Assembly (NCBI GenBank): GCA_910585205.1
Contig: CAJUCC010000037.1
Span: 680-64,679 of the forward strand
Length of the DNA: 64,000 nucleotides
Direction of reading: 5' to 3'
DNA from: an uncultured Lachnospiraceae bacterium
GTDB lineage: Bacteria > Bacillota > Clostridia > Lachnospirales > Lachnospiraceae
A program made the position numbers and the translations under genes. The notes beneath the pieces are model-generated. The model did not search any database, was not told the DNA's origin, and saw only the letters and a list, made by a program, of their open reading frames with translations. Positions within the stretch are counted from its first letter, which is position 1. The number at the start of each line of letters is the position of its first letter. Shown here one piece after another: positions 8,566-19,017 of this stretch.

Positions 8566-9774
8566 ATGGCGAAAGAAATGATTGCAATGCTTCTTGCCGG
8601 TGGACAGGGGTCCCGCCTGTATGCATTGACCGAGAAGCTTGCAAAACCAGCGGTTCCATTTGGCGGAAAATATCGTATCATTGATTTTCCGCTTTCCAAC
8701 TGTGTCAATTCCGGAATTGATACGGTAGGTATTTTGACACAGTATCAGCCATTGGTACTGAATGAATATATCGGAAACGGCCAGCCATGGGATTTGGATC
8801 GTCTTTATGGAGGGGTACATGTACTGCCGCCTTATCAGAAAGCAAGCGGTTCGGACTGGTATAAAGGGACAGCCAATGCGATTTATCAGAATATTTCTTT
8901 TATTGAGCGGTATGATCCGCAGTATGTAATCATACTTTCCGGCGACCAGATCTGCAAGCAGGATTATAATGATTTCCTGAAGTTCCACAAGGAAAAGGAT
9001 GCGGAATTCAGCGTGGCAGTCATGGAGGTTCCATGGGAGGAGGCTTCCCGGTTCGGCCTGATGGTGGCTGGCGATGATGACCGGATTACCGAATTCCAGG
9101 AAAAACCGAAAAATCCCAAGTCAAATCTGGCATCCATGGGCATTTATATCTTTAACTGGGACATTCTGAAGAAATATCTGGAAGAAGACGAAGCGGATCC
9201 GAATTCCGAAAACGACTTCGGCAATAACATTATTCCCAATCTGCTTCGGGACAATCGCAGAATGTATGCGTACCACTTCGACGGATACTGGAAAGACGTG
9301 GGAACGATTTCGTCCCTGTGGGAAGCAAACATGGAAGTTTTGGATCCGGAACACAGCGGTATCAATCTGTTTGATGACGACTGGAAGATTTACAGCCGTA
9401 ACAGCGGTATGACAGGACATAAAATTTCTGCGGGCGCAGTTGTGGAAAATTCCATGCTGACAGACGGCTGTAATATCAAAGGCGCGGTAAAACATTCGAT
9501 TCTGTTTTCCGGTGTGCGGGTCGAGAAAGGCGCGCTGGTGGAAGATGCGGTTATTATGGGAAATACGGTCGTGAAGGCGGGTGCAGTCGTAAAACACTGT
9601 ATTGTAGCAGAGAACGTGACGATCGGCGAAAATGCCGTCGTGGGTGCGATGCCTTCGGGAGATGAAAACGGTGTGGCCACGGTGGGCGACGGCGTGACCA
9701 TTGGTGACGGTGCAAAAGTCGGACCGAACGCTATGGTGAGAAATAATGTAGAAGGCGGTGAAGAACAATGGTAA
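8566..9774 (+). CDS. glgC: glucose-1-phosphate adenylyltransferase, catalytic subunit
   Basis: [44 protein letters not shown]..., followed by a C-terminal left-handed beta-helix repeat region. Confidence 0.95.
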   Translation: MAKEMIAMLLAGGQGSRLYALTEKLAKPAVPFGGKYRIIDFPLSNCVNSGIDTVGILTQYQPLVLNEYIGNGQPWDLDRLYGGVHVLPPYQKASGSDWYKGTANAIYQNISFIERYDPQYVIILSGDQICKQDYNDFLKFHKEKDAEFSVAVMEVPWEEASRFGLMVAGDDDRITEFQEKPKNPKSNLASMGIYIFNWDILKKYLEEDEADPNSENDFGNNIIPNLLRDNRRMYAYHFDGYWKDVGTISSLWEANMEVLDPEHSGINLFDDDWKIYSRNSGMTGHKISAGAVVENSMLTDGCNIKGAVKHSILFSGVRVEKGALVEDAVIMGNTVVKAGAVVKHCIVAENVTIGENAVVGAMPSGDENGVATVGDGVTIGDGAKVGPNAMVRNNVEGGEEQW

Positions 9775-10910
9775 AATCAAGTAGAAGTGCTCTTGGCGTT
9801 ATTTTCCCAAACAGTTATGATGCGATGGTGCCGGAACTGGTAAATGTGCGGATGATGGCTTCTATTCCTTTTGCCAGCCGTTACCGTCTGATTGACTTTA
9901 TTTTATCCAGCATGACCCATTGCAATATCAACAATATTTCCGTTATGGTAAATAACAACTACCATTCCCTGATGGATCATCTGGACTCCGGCCGTGAGTG
10001 GGATCTGGTGCGGAAAAACGGCGGTTTACATATTTTCCCTCCGTTTGCGGAGAAAGAATCCAAGCCTTATGTCGGACGCGTGGGAGCGCTGGCAGGCATT
10101 CTTGATTTCCTGAGAGACCAGAGAGAAGAATATGTGGTACTGGCGGATACAAACGTTGTGGTAAACTTTGATTTCAATGCGCTGATTAAAGCCCATATAG
10201 AAAAGGGCGCGGATGTGACGATCGCCTACAACGAACAGGAATTTCCGGAAAATCTGATGAAGTCCCAGTCCAATGACAAAGGATTCTATTATACATTTAA
10301 TATAGAAGACGGACGTGTCACCAGAATTTATGTCAATTCCCGTGAGCCGGGCGTGCAGAATTTCTCCATGAATATTTCGGTGATCCGGCGTGAACTTCTG
10401 ATCGAACTGATTAACGGCGCGTTTGTTCTGGGGCAGGAATATTTCGAACGGGACGTACTGCTTCCGCGTTTGAACAAACTGAATGTACAGGCTTATAAGT
10501 ATGACGGCTATGTGGCGCGCATCAGTGATATTAAGAGCTATTTTGATGAAAATATGAAGCTGCTGGATGACTACAATCTGGACGCTCTGTTCTCGGGTCA
10601 CACGGTTTATACCAAAATCCGTGACGACAATCCGACGCGGTATGTCGAAGGGGCAAAAGTACAGAACGTTATGGCGGCTGACGGCTGCGTGATCGAGGGC
10701 GAAGTGGAAAACAGCGTATTGTTCCGCGGTGTCAAGATTGCAAAGGGCGCAAAGGTAAAAAACAGTATTCTGATGCAGGGAACCGTGATCGAAGCGGGTG
10801 CCAGTGTGGAATATCTGGTGGCGGACAAGAATGTGACGATCAGAGCCGGAAAAGAGATGAAAGGAACGGATTCCTTCCCGGTTTATATCGCAAAATTCAG
10901 AACTGTCTGA
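9768..10910 (+). CDS. glgD: glucose-1-phosphate adenylyltransferase, GlgD regulatory subunit
   Basis: Paralogous to GlgC but with a degenerate N-terminal G-rich loop ([41 protein letters not shown]). Overlaps the glgC stop, as in Firmicute glgCD pairs. Confidence 0.9.
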   Translation: MVKSSRSALGVIFPNSYDAMVPELVNVRMMASIPFASRYRLIDFILSSMTHCNINNISVMVNNNYHSLMDHLDSGREWDLVRKNGGLHIFPPFAEKESKPYVGRVGALAGILDFLRDQREEYVVLADTNVVVNFDFNALIKAHIEKGADVTIAYNEQEFPENLMKSQSNDKGFYYTFNIEDGRVTRIYVNSREPGVQNFSMNISVIRRELLIELINGAFVLGQEYFERDVLLPRLNKLNVQAYKYDGYVARISDIKSYFDENMKLLDDYNLDALFSGHTVYTKIRDDNPTRYVEGAKVQNVMAADGCVIEGEVENSVLFRGVKIAKGAKVKNSILMQGTVIEAGASVEYLVADKNVTIRAGKEMKGTDSFPVYIAKFRTV

Positions 10911-10925
10911 CGGAAACGCAGAAGG

Positions 10926-10965
10926 AAGGCAGGAACGGGCAAAACCGTTTCTGCCTTGTTGTCGT
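10926..10965 (+). terminator. intrinsic terminator after glgD
   Basis: AAGGCAGGAACGG (10926-10938) pairs with CCGTTTCTGCCTT (10945-10957) across a 6-nt loop, followed by GTTGTCGTT. Confidence 0.5.
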
Positions 10966-10985
10966 TGGAAAACAGGGAGGAAAGA

Positions 10986-12167
10986 ATGGCAAACGATTTT
11001 ACATATTATGCGCCGACGCGCGTGGTATTCGGAAAGGGAACGGAAGCGCAGACCGGAACGCTGGTAAAGGAGCAGGGCTGCAAAAAAGTATTGCTGCATT
11101 ACGGCAGCGGCAGCGCGCGGAAATCAGGGCTTTTGGGACGGATTGAGAAGAGCCTGGAGGAGGCGGGCATTGCGTATGTCAGCCTTGGCGGTGTGGTACC
11201 GAATCCCAGACTGTCACTTGTCTATGAAGGCATTGATCTGTGTAAGAGAGAAGGCGTGGATTTTATTCTGGCAGTCGGCGGCGGCAGCGTGATCGATTCG
11301 TCCAAGGCGATCGGCTATGGCGTGGCAAATGAAGGGGATGTCTGGGAACTGTATGACAGAAAACGGCAGGCCCGGGCGTGCCTTCCGATCGGCGTGGTGC
11401 TGACGATTGCGGCGGCGGGCAGTGAAATGAGCGCTTCCTGCGTGATTACGAAGGACGAAGGCGGTATCAAACGGGGATATGCCAGTGATCTGAGCCGTGC
11501 GAAATTTGCAGTGATGAATCCGGAACTGACGATGACGCTGCCGGATTATCAGACGGCATGCGGCTGTACCGATATTCTCATGCATACGATGGAACGATAT
11601 TTTACAAACGGCGGTCATATGGAGCTGACCGATACACTCGCAGAAGGATTGATGCGCACCGTTTTGCGCAATGCGGAAATTCTGCGCGATCATCCCGATG
11701 ACTATGACGCGCGTGCGGAAGTGATGTGGGCGGGCAGTCTTTCCCACAATGATCTGACAGGCTGCGGCATCCGGGAAAAGGATTTTGCATCCCATGCGCT
11801 CGAGCATGAACTCGGCGGTATGTTTGACGTGGCGCACGGCGCCGGTCTGGCTGCCGTATGGGGGAGCTGGGCGAGATATGTCTGTAAAGACTGCCTGGAC
11901 CGTTTTGTGCTGTTTGCACAGCGTATTATGCAGGTGGAACCGGGCAGAGACGCGGAGGAAACCGCGCTGCGGGGGATTGCGGCCATGGAGGCGTTCTATC
12001 GCCGGATCGGCATGCCGACTTCTCTGCATGAGCTTGGCATCGATCCCACGGAGGAACAGCTCCGGGAACTGGCAGAGAAGTGCAGCATTGCCAGCGGCGG
12101 CAGGAAAGGGTCCGCAAAGGTACTGCAGCAGGCGGACATGCTGGCGATCTACCGCGCCGCGTTATGA
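10986..12167 (+). CDS. iron-containing (group III) alcohol dehydrogenase, butanol-dehydrogenase-like
   Basis: GGGAGG SD before ATG 10986. GGGSVIDSSKAI and the H-rich metal site (HALEHELGGMFDVAHGAGLA) are typical of Fe-ADH. Confidence 0.9.
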   Translation: MANDFTYYAPTRVVFGKGTEAQTGTLVKEQGCKKVLLHYGSGSARKSGLLGRIEKSLEEAGIAYVSLGGVVPNPRLSLVYEGIDLCKREGVDFILAVGGGSVIDSSKAIGYGVANEGDVWELYDRKRQARACLPIGVVLTIAAAGSEMSASCVITKDEGGIKRGYASDLSRAKFAVMNPELTMTLPDYQTACGCTDILMHTMERYFTNGGHMELTDTLAEGLMRTVLRNAEILRDHPDDYDARAEVMWAGSLSHNDLTGCGIREKDFASHALEHELGGMFDVAHGAGLAAVWGSWARYVCKDCLDRFVLFAQRIMQVEPGRDAEETALRGIAAMEAFYRRIGMPTSLHELGIDPTEEQLRELAEKCSIASGGRKGSAKVLQQADMLAIYRAAL

Positions 12168-12779
12168 TACCACTTTTTCAAAGTCTGCGGCGGGATGCTT
12201 GCACAGCGGACAGATAAAGTCGGCCGGGAGCGTTTCCCCTTCGTACGTATAGCCGCAGACTTTGCAGCGCCATACTGTTTTGCCCGGTGCGGCGGTCTGT
12301 GCCGGCTGCGGTTTAATCGAGGACTGATAATAGGCATAGGTGGCGGCCGGAGCGTCCGACAGCACATCCATATCCGTTACGGAAGCGATAAAGAGGGTGT
12401 GGCTTCCGAGATCGACCGTCTGTTCCACCGCCGCGCTGATATATCCGTTTGTGCCCGCGGTGATATAGTACAGGCCATTGGCGCTGCGTTTACAGTCGGG
12501 ATAAGCGGCAAATTTGTCAATCGTGCGTCCCGACTGGAAGCCGAAATGCCGGAACAATGCGAAGTCGGCTTGTTCGCTCAGAATCGAAATATTGAACCGG
12601 CTGCTTTTCTGTACGAGTTCATGCGTAAAATTGGATTTGTTGACGGTGATACTGATCCGGTTGGGATCGGATGTCACCTGGCCGGCGGTATTGATAATAC
12701 AACCGCTGTCCCTGCCCTCGAAAGCGGAGGTGAGGACGAACAGTCCGTAAGTTAAGTTGTACATTGTTTTGGGATTCAT
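12162..12779 (-). CDS. flavin reductase-like domain fused to a rubredoxin (high-molecular-weight rubredoxin type)
   Basis: The N-terminus is a flavin_reduct-like FMN-binding domain. The C-terminus WRCKVCGYTYEG...FICPLCKHP carries two CxxC rubredoxin knuckles. Confidence 0.85.
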   Translation of the reverse strand: MNPKTMYNLTYGLFVLTSAFEGRDSGCIINTAGQVTSDPNRISITVNKSNFTHELVQKSSRFNISILSEQADFALFRHFGFQSGRTIDKFAAYPDCKRSANGLYYITAGTNGYISAAVEQTVDLGSHTLFIASVTDMDVLSDAPAATYAYYQSSIKPQPAQTAAPGKTVWRCKVCGYTYEGETLPADFICPLCKHPAADFEKVVS

Positions 12780-12890
12780 AATGGGTTTCTCCTTTTTTAT
12801 ATCATTTTTCCTATTTTAGCATATCTGTTTCGTGACAAAAAGGAAAATATACATAAGTGATCGATATTATGAGAAAGAGAGGACAATGCA

Positions 12891-14180
12891 TTGGAACAAA
12901 AATTTCGGGAGACGACGGCGGATATGCTTGCTTTTATCGAAAAAAGCCCCTGTAGTTTTCAGGCGGTTTCCAATATGATAAAAATGTTGGAAAAGGCGGG
13001 GTTTACAGAGCTGAGGGAGAATGCGGTATGGGCGCCGGAGCACGGAAAAGGATATTATGTTGTACGGGGCGGAGCGTCGCTGGCTGCCTTCCGCATACCG
13101 GAGACGGGAGAAATCCGGGGATTTCATGCGGCGGCGGCACACAGTGATTCCCCGACATTTAAAATCAAGGAAAATCCGGAGATCGGTGTGGAGAAGCAGT
13201 ATGTGACATTGAATACGGAGAAATACGGCGGAATGATTCTTTCGACATGGCTGGACCGGCCGCTGTCCGTTGCGGGCAGGATTGCCGTGCGGCGGGACGG
13301 AGAGATTGCGGTGACGACCGTCGATCTCGACCGGGATCTGCTTGTCATACCGAGTCTGGCGGTTCATCTGAATCGGACGGTCAACAGCGGTATTGAATAC
13401 AATCCGCAGAAGGATCTGCTGCCTTTGTACGGAGCGGGCGGAGAAGACTGCAAAGGCTGGCTTCTGGAAGAGGTTGCGGAAGCGGCCGGCGTCCGGGCGG
13501 CGGAAATTCTGGGACATGATCTGTTTCTCTATGTCAGAGAACAGGGCCGGGTGTTGGGACGGACGGGGGAATTTATCCTCTCACCGCGGCTGGATGATCT
13601 GCAGAGTGCGTTTGTCTGTGTCAGTGCATTTGCGAAAAGCACACCGCATGCATATATTACTATATGTACCGTGTTTGACCATGAAGAGGTGGGCAGCAGG
13701 ACAGGGCGGGGCGCGGATTCCACATTTCTGGATGACGTGCTGTACCGGCTCTGCAAGGGACTGGGATGGGAACGTGAGCGCTATCTGCGGATGGTGGCGG
13801 ACAGTTTTCTGATCTCTGCCGACAACGCACATGCGGTGCACCCGAATTGGCCTGAAAAATCCGATCCGACCAATCGGCCCTATTTAAACGGCGGCATTGT
13901 GATAAAATACCACGGGAGCCAGAAATATACAACCGATGCCCGTTCTGCGGCGTATATCAGGGAGATTTGCCGTATGACGGACATCCCCTGTCAGACATAT
14001 GCCAATCGCTCCGATGTGGCGGGCGGCTCCACGCTGGGGAATCTGTCCGCGGCCCGTGTGCCGATGGAGTCCGTTGACATCGGCCTGCCGCAGCTGGCGA
14101 TGCATTCGGCGGTGGAGACGGCAGGCATGAAGGATACGTGGTATGGCTTAAAAGTATTGGAACGGTTTTATTCCGCATAA
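12891..14180 (+). CDS. M18-family aminopeptidase
   Basis: TTG start with an AGAGGA SD. AAHSDSPTFKIK, FDHEEVGS and LISADNAHAVHPN are characteristic M18/M42 metal-ligand blocks. Confidence 0.85.
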   Translation: MEQKFRETTADMLAFIEKSPCSFQAVSNMIKMLEKAGFTELRENAVWAPEHGKGYYVVRGGASLAAFRIPETGEIRGFHAAAAHSDSPTFKIKENPEIGVEKQYVTLNTEKYGGMILSTWLDRPLSVAGRIAVRRDGEIAVTTVDLDRDLLVIPSLAVHLNRTVNSGIEYNPQKDLLPLYGAGGEDCKGWLLEEVAEAAGVRAAEILGHDLFLYVREQGRVLGRTGEFILSPRLDDLQSAFVCVSAFAKSTPHAYITICTVFDHEEVGSRTGRGADSTFLDDVLYRLCKGLGWERERYLRMVADSFLISADNAHAVHPNWPEKSDPTNRPYLNGGIVIKYHGSQKYTTDARSAAYIREICRMTDIPCQTYANRSDVAGGSTLGNLSAARVPMESVDIGLPQLAMHSAVETAGMKDTWYGLKVLERFYSA

Positions 14181-14227
14181 GCGGAAATCGCATAATTTTA
14201 TAGAAATCAGGAGGATAGTATGACGGT

Positions 14228-15565
14228 ATGAATGGTAGTCAGTTTGTATGGCAGGACCGGTTTAATACCGGTGTGGACATTATAGACAGAGAGCATAAAA
14301 AGCTTTTCAGCATTTTAAAGAGATTGTTTACCTATGGACAGAATGAGGCGAAAAGCCAGTGGGTATGTCAGGAAGGCATCAAATATTTCAAAGAGCATGC
14401 CATGAAGCACTTTGCGGAGGAAGAGGTCTATATGGCTTCGATCAATTACAGCGGGTTTGACATGCACAGGCGTCTGCATGATACGTTTCGGAAAAAGACC
14501 CTCCCGGAGATTGAAAAGGAGCTGTACCAGACACGCTTTTCCGCCGATGCGATCGAACATTTCCTGGGGGTATGTGCGGGCTGGCTGATCGGTCATACGC
14601 TGACAGAGGATCAGGCCATTACGGGAAAAACCGTGAGCAAATGGGTCGGACTTTTGCCGGAGGAAGAACAGGACGCCATGGGAAAGGTTGTCATACAGCT
14701 TTTATATGACCTGTTTCGCCTGAACGCACGGATTATCAGCGAGAGCTATGGCGGCGAGAAGTTTGGAAACGGAATCTATTACCGTCTTGTTTACGGCTCT
14801 CCCAAGGGCGACAGATGGGAAGTCTTTATGGTATTTGAGGAGCGTCTGCTTGTCAATACCATTGGCGACATCATGGGATTCGGTACCGACAAAGTGGATG
14901 TTATGATGGTAAACGCCACGCGGTATGTGGCGAAACAGCTTGTGGAGCGCATCCGTGTATATATTCCGTCTGACGAGCCATATGAGGTGAAAGAGGAAAA
15001 TCTGCTGACGTACGATCAGTTTGAGCGTGCATTCGCGGGTGAGAAACCGCAGTGCAGTCTGTTGCTTGATACGGGAGAGGGATACTTTGCGTTTTGCGTA
15101 ATGGCGCCGCATTTGCTGCAGGAAACGGTTGGATCGTCTATCAAGCCGGAAAATGCCATGAAAGAGATTAAGAAGTACCTTGATGAAAATAAGGCGCAGG
15201 ACAAAAAGAAGATACTTGTGGTAGATGATTCCGGTATCGTACGGGAAGCCATGAAAGGGCTGCTCGGCAAGGATTATGAGGTGGTACTGGCATCGTCGGG
15301 TGTTTCGGCAATCCGCTGTATGTTTGTGGACAGACCGGATCTGGTTCTTCTGGATTATGAGATGCCGGTCTGCAACGGCAGACAAGTATTGGAGATGATC
15401 CGCGCGGAGGAAGAGCTCGCCGACACGCCGGTTATTTTCCTGACTGGCACATACGATGAAGAGAGTGTCCGTAAAGTCATCGCCCTGCGGCCGGCCGGAT
15501 ATTTGTTAAAGACACTGAATCCGCAGGAAATCCGCAAAAATGTCGATGCCTTTTTCCGAAAATAA
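14228..15565 (+). CDS. hemerythrin-like domain - uncharacterised middle domain - CheY-like receiver (REC) fusion protein
   Basis: The N-terminus WQDRFNTGVDIIDREHKKLF...HFAEEE...HRRLHD is bacteriohemerythrin-like. The C-terminus KKILVVDDSGIVRE...DLVLLDYEMPVCNG...PVIFLTG...GYLLK is a REC domain with an acceptor Asp. Confidence 0.8.
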   Translation: MNGSQFVWQDRFNTGVDIIDREHKKLFSILKRLFTYGQNEAKSQWVCQEGIKYFKEHAMKHFAEEEVYMASINYSGFDMHRRLHDTFRKKTLPEIEKELYQTRFSADAIEHFLGVCAGWLIGHTLTEDQAITGKTVSKWVGLLPEEEQDAMGKVVIQLLYDLFRLNARIISESYGGEKFGNGIYYRLVYGSPKGDRWEVFMVFEERLLVNTIGDIMGFGTDKVDVMMVNATRYVAKQLVERIRVYIPSDEPYEVKEENLLTYDQFERAFAGEKPQCSLLLDTGEGYFAFCVMAPHLLQETVGSSIKPENAMKEIKKYLDENKAQDKKKILVVDDSGIVREAMKGLLGKDYEVVLASSGVSAIRCMFVDRPDLVLLDYEMPVCNGRQVLEMIRAEEELADTPVIFLTGTYDEESVRKVIALRPAGYLLKTLNPQEIRKNVDAFFRK

Positions 15566-15607
15566 TACAGGCCATGGAAGGCGCTGCCCGCGGCGGGGAG
15601 AAACGCT

Positions 15608-16465
15608 TTACAGTAAAAACGACCGCCCTGCCTGCCCGGTGCGGAACCGGGCAGGCGTGGTTCCGGTCTGCTTGCGGAATATGGTAATAAAATAATTGTA
15701 TTCCGGGAAGCCGCAGGCCTCCGCAACTTCCGCAATGGAAAGGGCGGGCTGTTCCAGCAGCAGCGTTTTGGCTTTTTCGATGCGCAGAAAGCGGATCTGT
15801 TGTGCGATGCCGCGTCCGTAGCTCTGGCGGGACAATTCGTAGAGGGTGGTCCTGCCGATCTGCAGATGTGCACAGAGACGCTGTGCGGAGAGCGGTTCGG
15901 ACAGGTGATCGCGGATATAGGCATCGAGCTGGAGTGGCAGGTCATTCTGGCGCAGGAAAATCATCCGTTCCATGCACAGATAGGACGCGACCGCGTGGAG
16001 CAGGTTGGAAGCGGAGCGGATATAAGCCTCCGAACGGACGGGCAGCCGCCGGCAGCAGTCCGCAAGGCACTGCGGGTCAATGCGGTAGCCCGCGCAGGCT
16101 CCGGCTATGCGCCGGCGGCCGTCTTCGGCGTCGGGCCAGGCGAAAATATGACCGAACAGCAGATAGCCGATAATAATATTTCCCAGAAAGACGGGAGAAA
16201 CCGCCTCCGTCAGCCCGGCGTGACAGCGATAGATATGGGTGCCGCGCTTTTGCAGGGCGGTGGCACAGGCTTCCCGGTCGCATTTCCGGCATTGCGCCAG
16301 CCCGTCGGGATCACTGCGGATCAGACGGCAGAAAGGCGGGACATGCTGCGGCCAGGCGGTCAGTTCTTCCAGCCGGTCGTTGAATACGGTAATCCGTATC
16401 TGTGTCAGCATATGAAAATCCTGCAACAGTGAACAGAGCTTTGTCATATCAAAACTGGAAACCAT
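15608..16465 (-). CDS. PocR sensory domain + AraC-family HTH transcriptional regulator
   Basis: CRLIRSDPDGLAQCRKCDREA...YRCHAGLTEAVSPV is PocR-like. The C-terminal AraC HTH is IAEVAEACGFPEYNYFITIFRKQTGTTPARFR. Confidence 0.85.
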   Translation of the reverse strand: MVSSFDMTKLCSLLQDFHMLTQIRITVFNDRLEELTAWPQHVPPFCRLIRSDPDGLAQCRKCDREACATALQKRGTHIYRCHAGLTEAVSPVFLGNIIIGYLLFGHIFAWPDAEDGRRRIAGACAGYRIDPQCLADCCRRLPVRSEAYIRSASNLLHAVASYLCMERMIFLRQNDLPLQLDAYIRDHLSEPLSAQRLCAHLQIGRTTLYELSRQSYGRGIAQQIRFLRIEKAKTLLLEQPALSIAEVAEACGFPEYNYFITIFRKQTGTTPARFRTGQAGRSFLL

Positions 16466-16648
16466 TCTGAATGCACTCCTTTTTCATCGGATCCATTTCC
16501 CGGGCGCGGGAATACCTCATTGAACGTTCCTAATATTATATCCCGTGGGCGAACAAATGCAAAGAAATAAAGACGAAAATCTATATCTTCCCCGGAAAAA
16601 ATCTGTTAGGATAAAAGCGGAAAATAAGCGGGACAAAGGAGGATTTTC

Positions 16649-17515
16649 ATGTTAGTAACATTACAGGAGATTTTGGAGACAGCGGAGGAGAAAAAGATTG
16701 CCGTCGGGGCGTTTAATGCGCCGAATCTGGAAAGTCTGCTGGCAATCCTGGAAGCGGCCGAAGAACTGCAGCTTCCGGTTATCGTACAGGCGGCGCAGTG
16801 CCACGAAGTTCTGACACCGGTGTCGGTTATGGGTCCGATTATGGTAGCCCGCGCGAAAGCGGCCTCGGTGCCCGTATGTGTCCATCTGGACCACGGTGAA
16901 ACGCTGGATTATGTGCAGAAAGTGCTTGATATGGGGTTTACCGGTGTAATGTTTGACGGTTCTACGCTTCCCTATGCGGAGAATGTGGAAAACGTAAAAA
17001 AAGCCGTGGAGATGGCGGCGAAGACCGGGGCGTCTGTCGAGGCGGAACTGGGCTCGATGGGACGCCGGGAGTCGGGTGCGGGCGAAGGCACGGGCGCTGA
17101 GGACGATACCAAGATCTATACCGATCCGGTACAGGCGGGGGAATTTGTCAGCGAGACGGGCGTCGCCGCTCTGGCGTGCTCTTTCGGGACGACACACGGC
17201 ATTTATCTGAGCGAGCCGTGTCTCGATTTCGGTGTCGTGGAACAGGTGCGGAAGGAAACCGGCGGGATTCCGGTCGTGATGCACGGCGGCTCCGGCGTCA
17301 GCGACGAAGATTTTCGGAAAGCCGTTGCGGCAGGCGTACGGAAGATCAATTATTTTACCTATATGGATAAGGCGGCGGGCGCGGCGCTGGCACAATACAT
17401 GGCAGGTGTGGAAGCGGGGATGCCGGTATTTTTCACCGAAGCTGCCGGCAGGGCCAGAGATGCCATGCGGGAAAATATCAAGGCTGCCATGAAAGTGTTT
17501 GCAGGCATCGCCTGA
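16649..17515 (+). CDS. class II ketose/fructose-bisphosphate aldolase family protein
   Basis: N-terminal AFNAPNLES, metal site VHLDHG, VVMHGGSG. AAAGGAGG SD. Confidence 0.85.
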   Translation: MLVTLQEILETAEEKKIAVGAFNAPNLESLLAILEAAEELQLPVIVQAAQCHEVLTPVSVMGPIMVARAKAASVPVCVHLDHGETLDYVQKVLDMGFTGVMFDGSTLPYAENVENVKKAVEMAAKTGASVEAELGSMGRRESGAGEGTGAEDDTKIYTDPVQAGEFVSETGVAALACSFGTTHGIYLSEPCLDFGVVEQVRKETGGIPVVMHGGSGVSDEDFRKAVAAGVRKINYFTYMDKAAGAALAQYMAGVEAGMPVFFTEAAGRARDAMRENIKAAMKVFAGIA

Positions 17516-17530
17516 GAAGGGGGAAAGAGA

Positions 17531-18939
17531 ATGAGCGGAAAGATGACGTTTGCACTGTGTTTTTGCAACAGAGGGTTTATGCCGGGGGAACTGATCTACG
17601 GCGCGCGGGAAGATATGGTAAAGGCGGTAACGGATGCGGGATATGATTATATCGCCATGGACGCGGCGCTGACGCGGTACGGCGGTGTGGAGACGCGGGA
17701 GGAGGGACGGCTGTATGCGGACTGGCTGAAAAAGCATGCAGGGGAATACGACGGTGTCATTTTCTCCATGCCGATCTTTGCCGATGAAAACGGAGCGATT
17801 ACCGCGCTGCAGGATGCGGGGGGGTGCCGATTCTGATGCAGGCATATCCCGACGAGATCGGCAAGATGGATTTTGCGCACCGCAGAGACGCATACTGCGG
17901 AAAATTTTCGGTGACGGATGTCTTTACCCAGTATCGGGTTCCCTTCACGGTTATGAAACCGCATGTCGTGCATCCGCTGTCTCCGGCATTTGCGCAAAAC
18001 CTGAAAGATTTTGCGGCCGTCTGCCGGGTGGTCAATGGGATGAAACGGTTTAACGTGGGCTGCATCGGCGCACGCACGACGGCGTTCAAGACCGTGCGGT
18101 TTGATGAAATTACGCTGCAAAAGTACGGCATCAATGTGGAATCGTTCGATCTCTCGGAAGTATTTTTCAAGGTGGGAAATAAGGCGGACGATGACGAGGC
18201 GGTGCTGGCGAAACGGGAACGGCTGCAGGCTTATACGGACTGTTCGGGGGTACCGCAGGCGAATATGCTGACACTGGCCAAAGTTGCGGTGGTACTGGAT
18301 GAATACATAGAAGCTTATGCACTGGATGCGCTGACGCTCCGGTGCTGGAACGAGATGGAGGAAGTACTGCGCATCTGTCCCTGCGTACTGTTGAGCGAGC
18401 TGAATGACAGAGGAATCGCGGCCTCCTGTGAGATCGATATGTGTTCCGCCCTGACAATGCGGGCAATGCAGCTTGCAAGTGAGCAGCCGACGGCGGTGCT
18501 GGACTGGAACAATAATTACGGCGATGCGGAAGACAAGGTGATTTTGTTCCACTGCGGTCCGGTTGCCCAGAGCCTGATGACGGGAAAGGGGACGGTGACG
18601 GAGCATAAGATGTTCGCCAAGGGCGACCCCGGCAGCGGATGGGGCAGCAATGAGGGCAGGATCCGGCCGTTCGACATGACATTTTCCAACTGTCAAACGA
18701 AAGACGGCAGGATCGTTGTCTATGCGAGTGAGGGACGCTTTACGGAAGACGCAATCGAGGAAGCGTTCTTCGGCTGCGGCGGTGTGGCGGAAATTCCCGC
18801 TTTGCAGGATAAGCTGATTCGTCTGGCACGGGGCGGATTCAAACATCATACGTCTGTCGGTGTGGGACATATGAAAGCGGTTTTACAGGAAGCTTTTACG
18901 ACATATCTGGGATATGACTGGGTTGACATAGACGCCTGA
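17531..18939 (+). pseudogene. L-fucose/L-arabinose isomerase-family gene split by a frameshift in a G7 run
   Basis: 17531-17836 (101 aa) and 17824-18939 (371 aa) read as the N- and C-parts of one isomerase-family protein. The break is at GGGGGGG, 17818-17824; a run of 8 (or 5) G would give ...ITALQDAGGVPILMQAYPDE... Confidence 0.75.
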
Positions 18940-19017
18940 CGGTATCGGTCCACGGCGGTCTGCGCACGACCGATACAGGGCCGTGCGCAGGCCGGGACCG
19001 GAATGGAGGAAATAAGA

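Noticed and set aside
12162-12167. Convergent ADH and flavin-reductase-rubredoxin genes overlap at their stop codons (TTATGA read on both strands), with no terminator between them.
   Set aside because: A real observation, but a common compact arrangement. There is nothing to suggest a regulatory role beyond possible transcriptional interference.
16661-17893. Very long antisense or overlapping ORFs in the track. Examples are 16661-17893(-), 18883-20433(-), 49033-50514(-), 52264-53958(-), 61464-63680(-) and 10026-11099(-).
   Set aside because: They lie opposite or inside genes with unmistakable conserved products (aldolase, kinase, CapA, rpoB, fusA, glgD). Their translations are Arg/His/Pro/Cys-rich low-complexity strings without SDs. 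These are typical shadow ORFs of GC-rich coding DNA.
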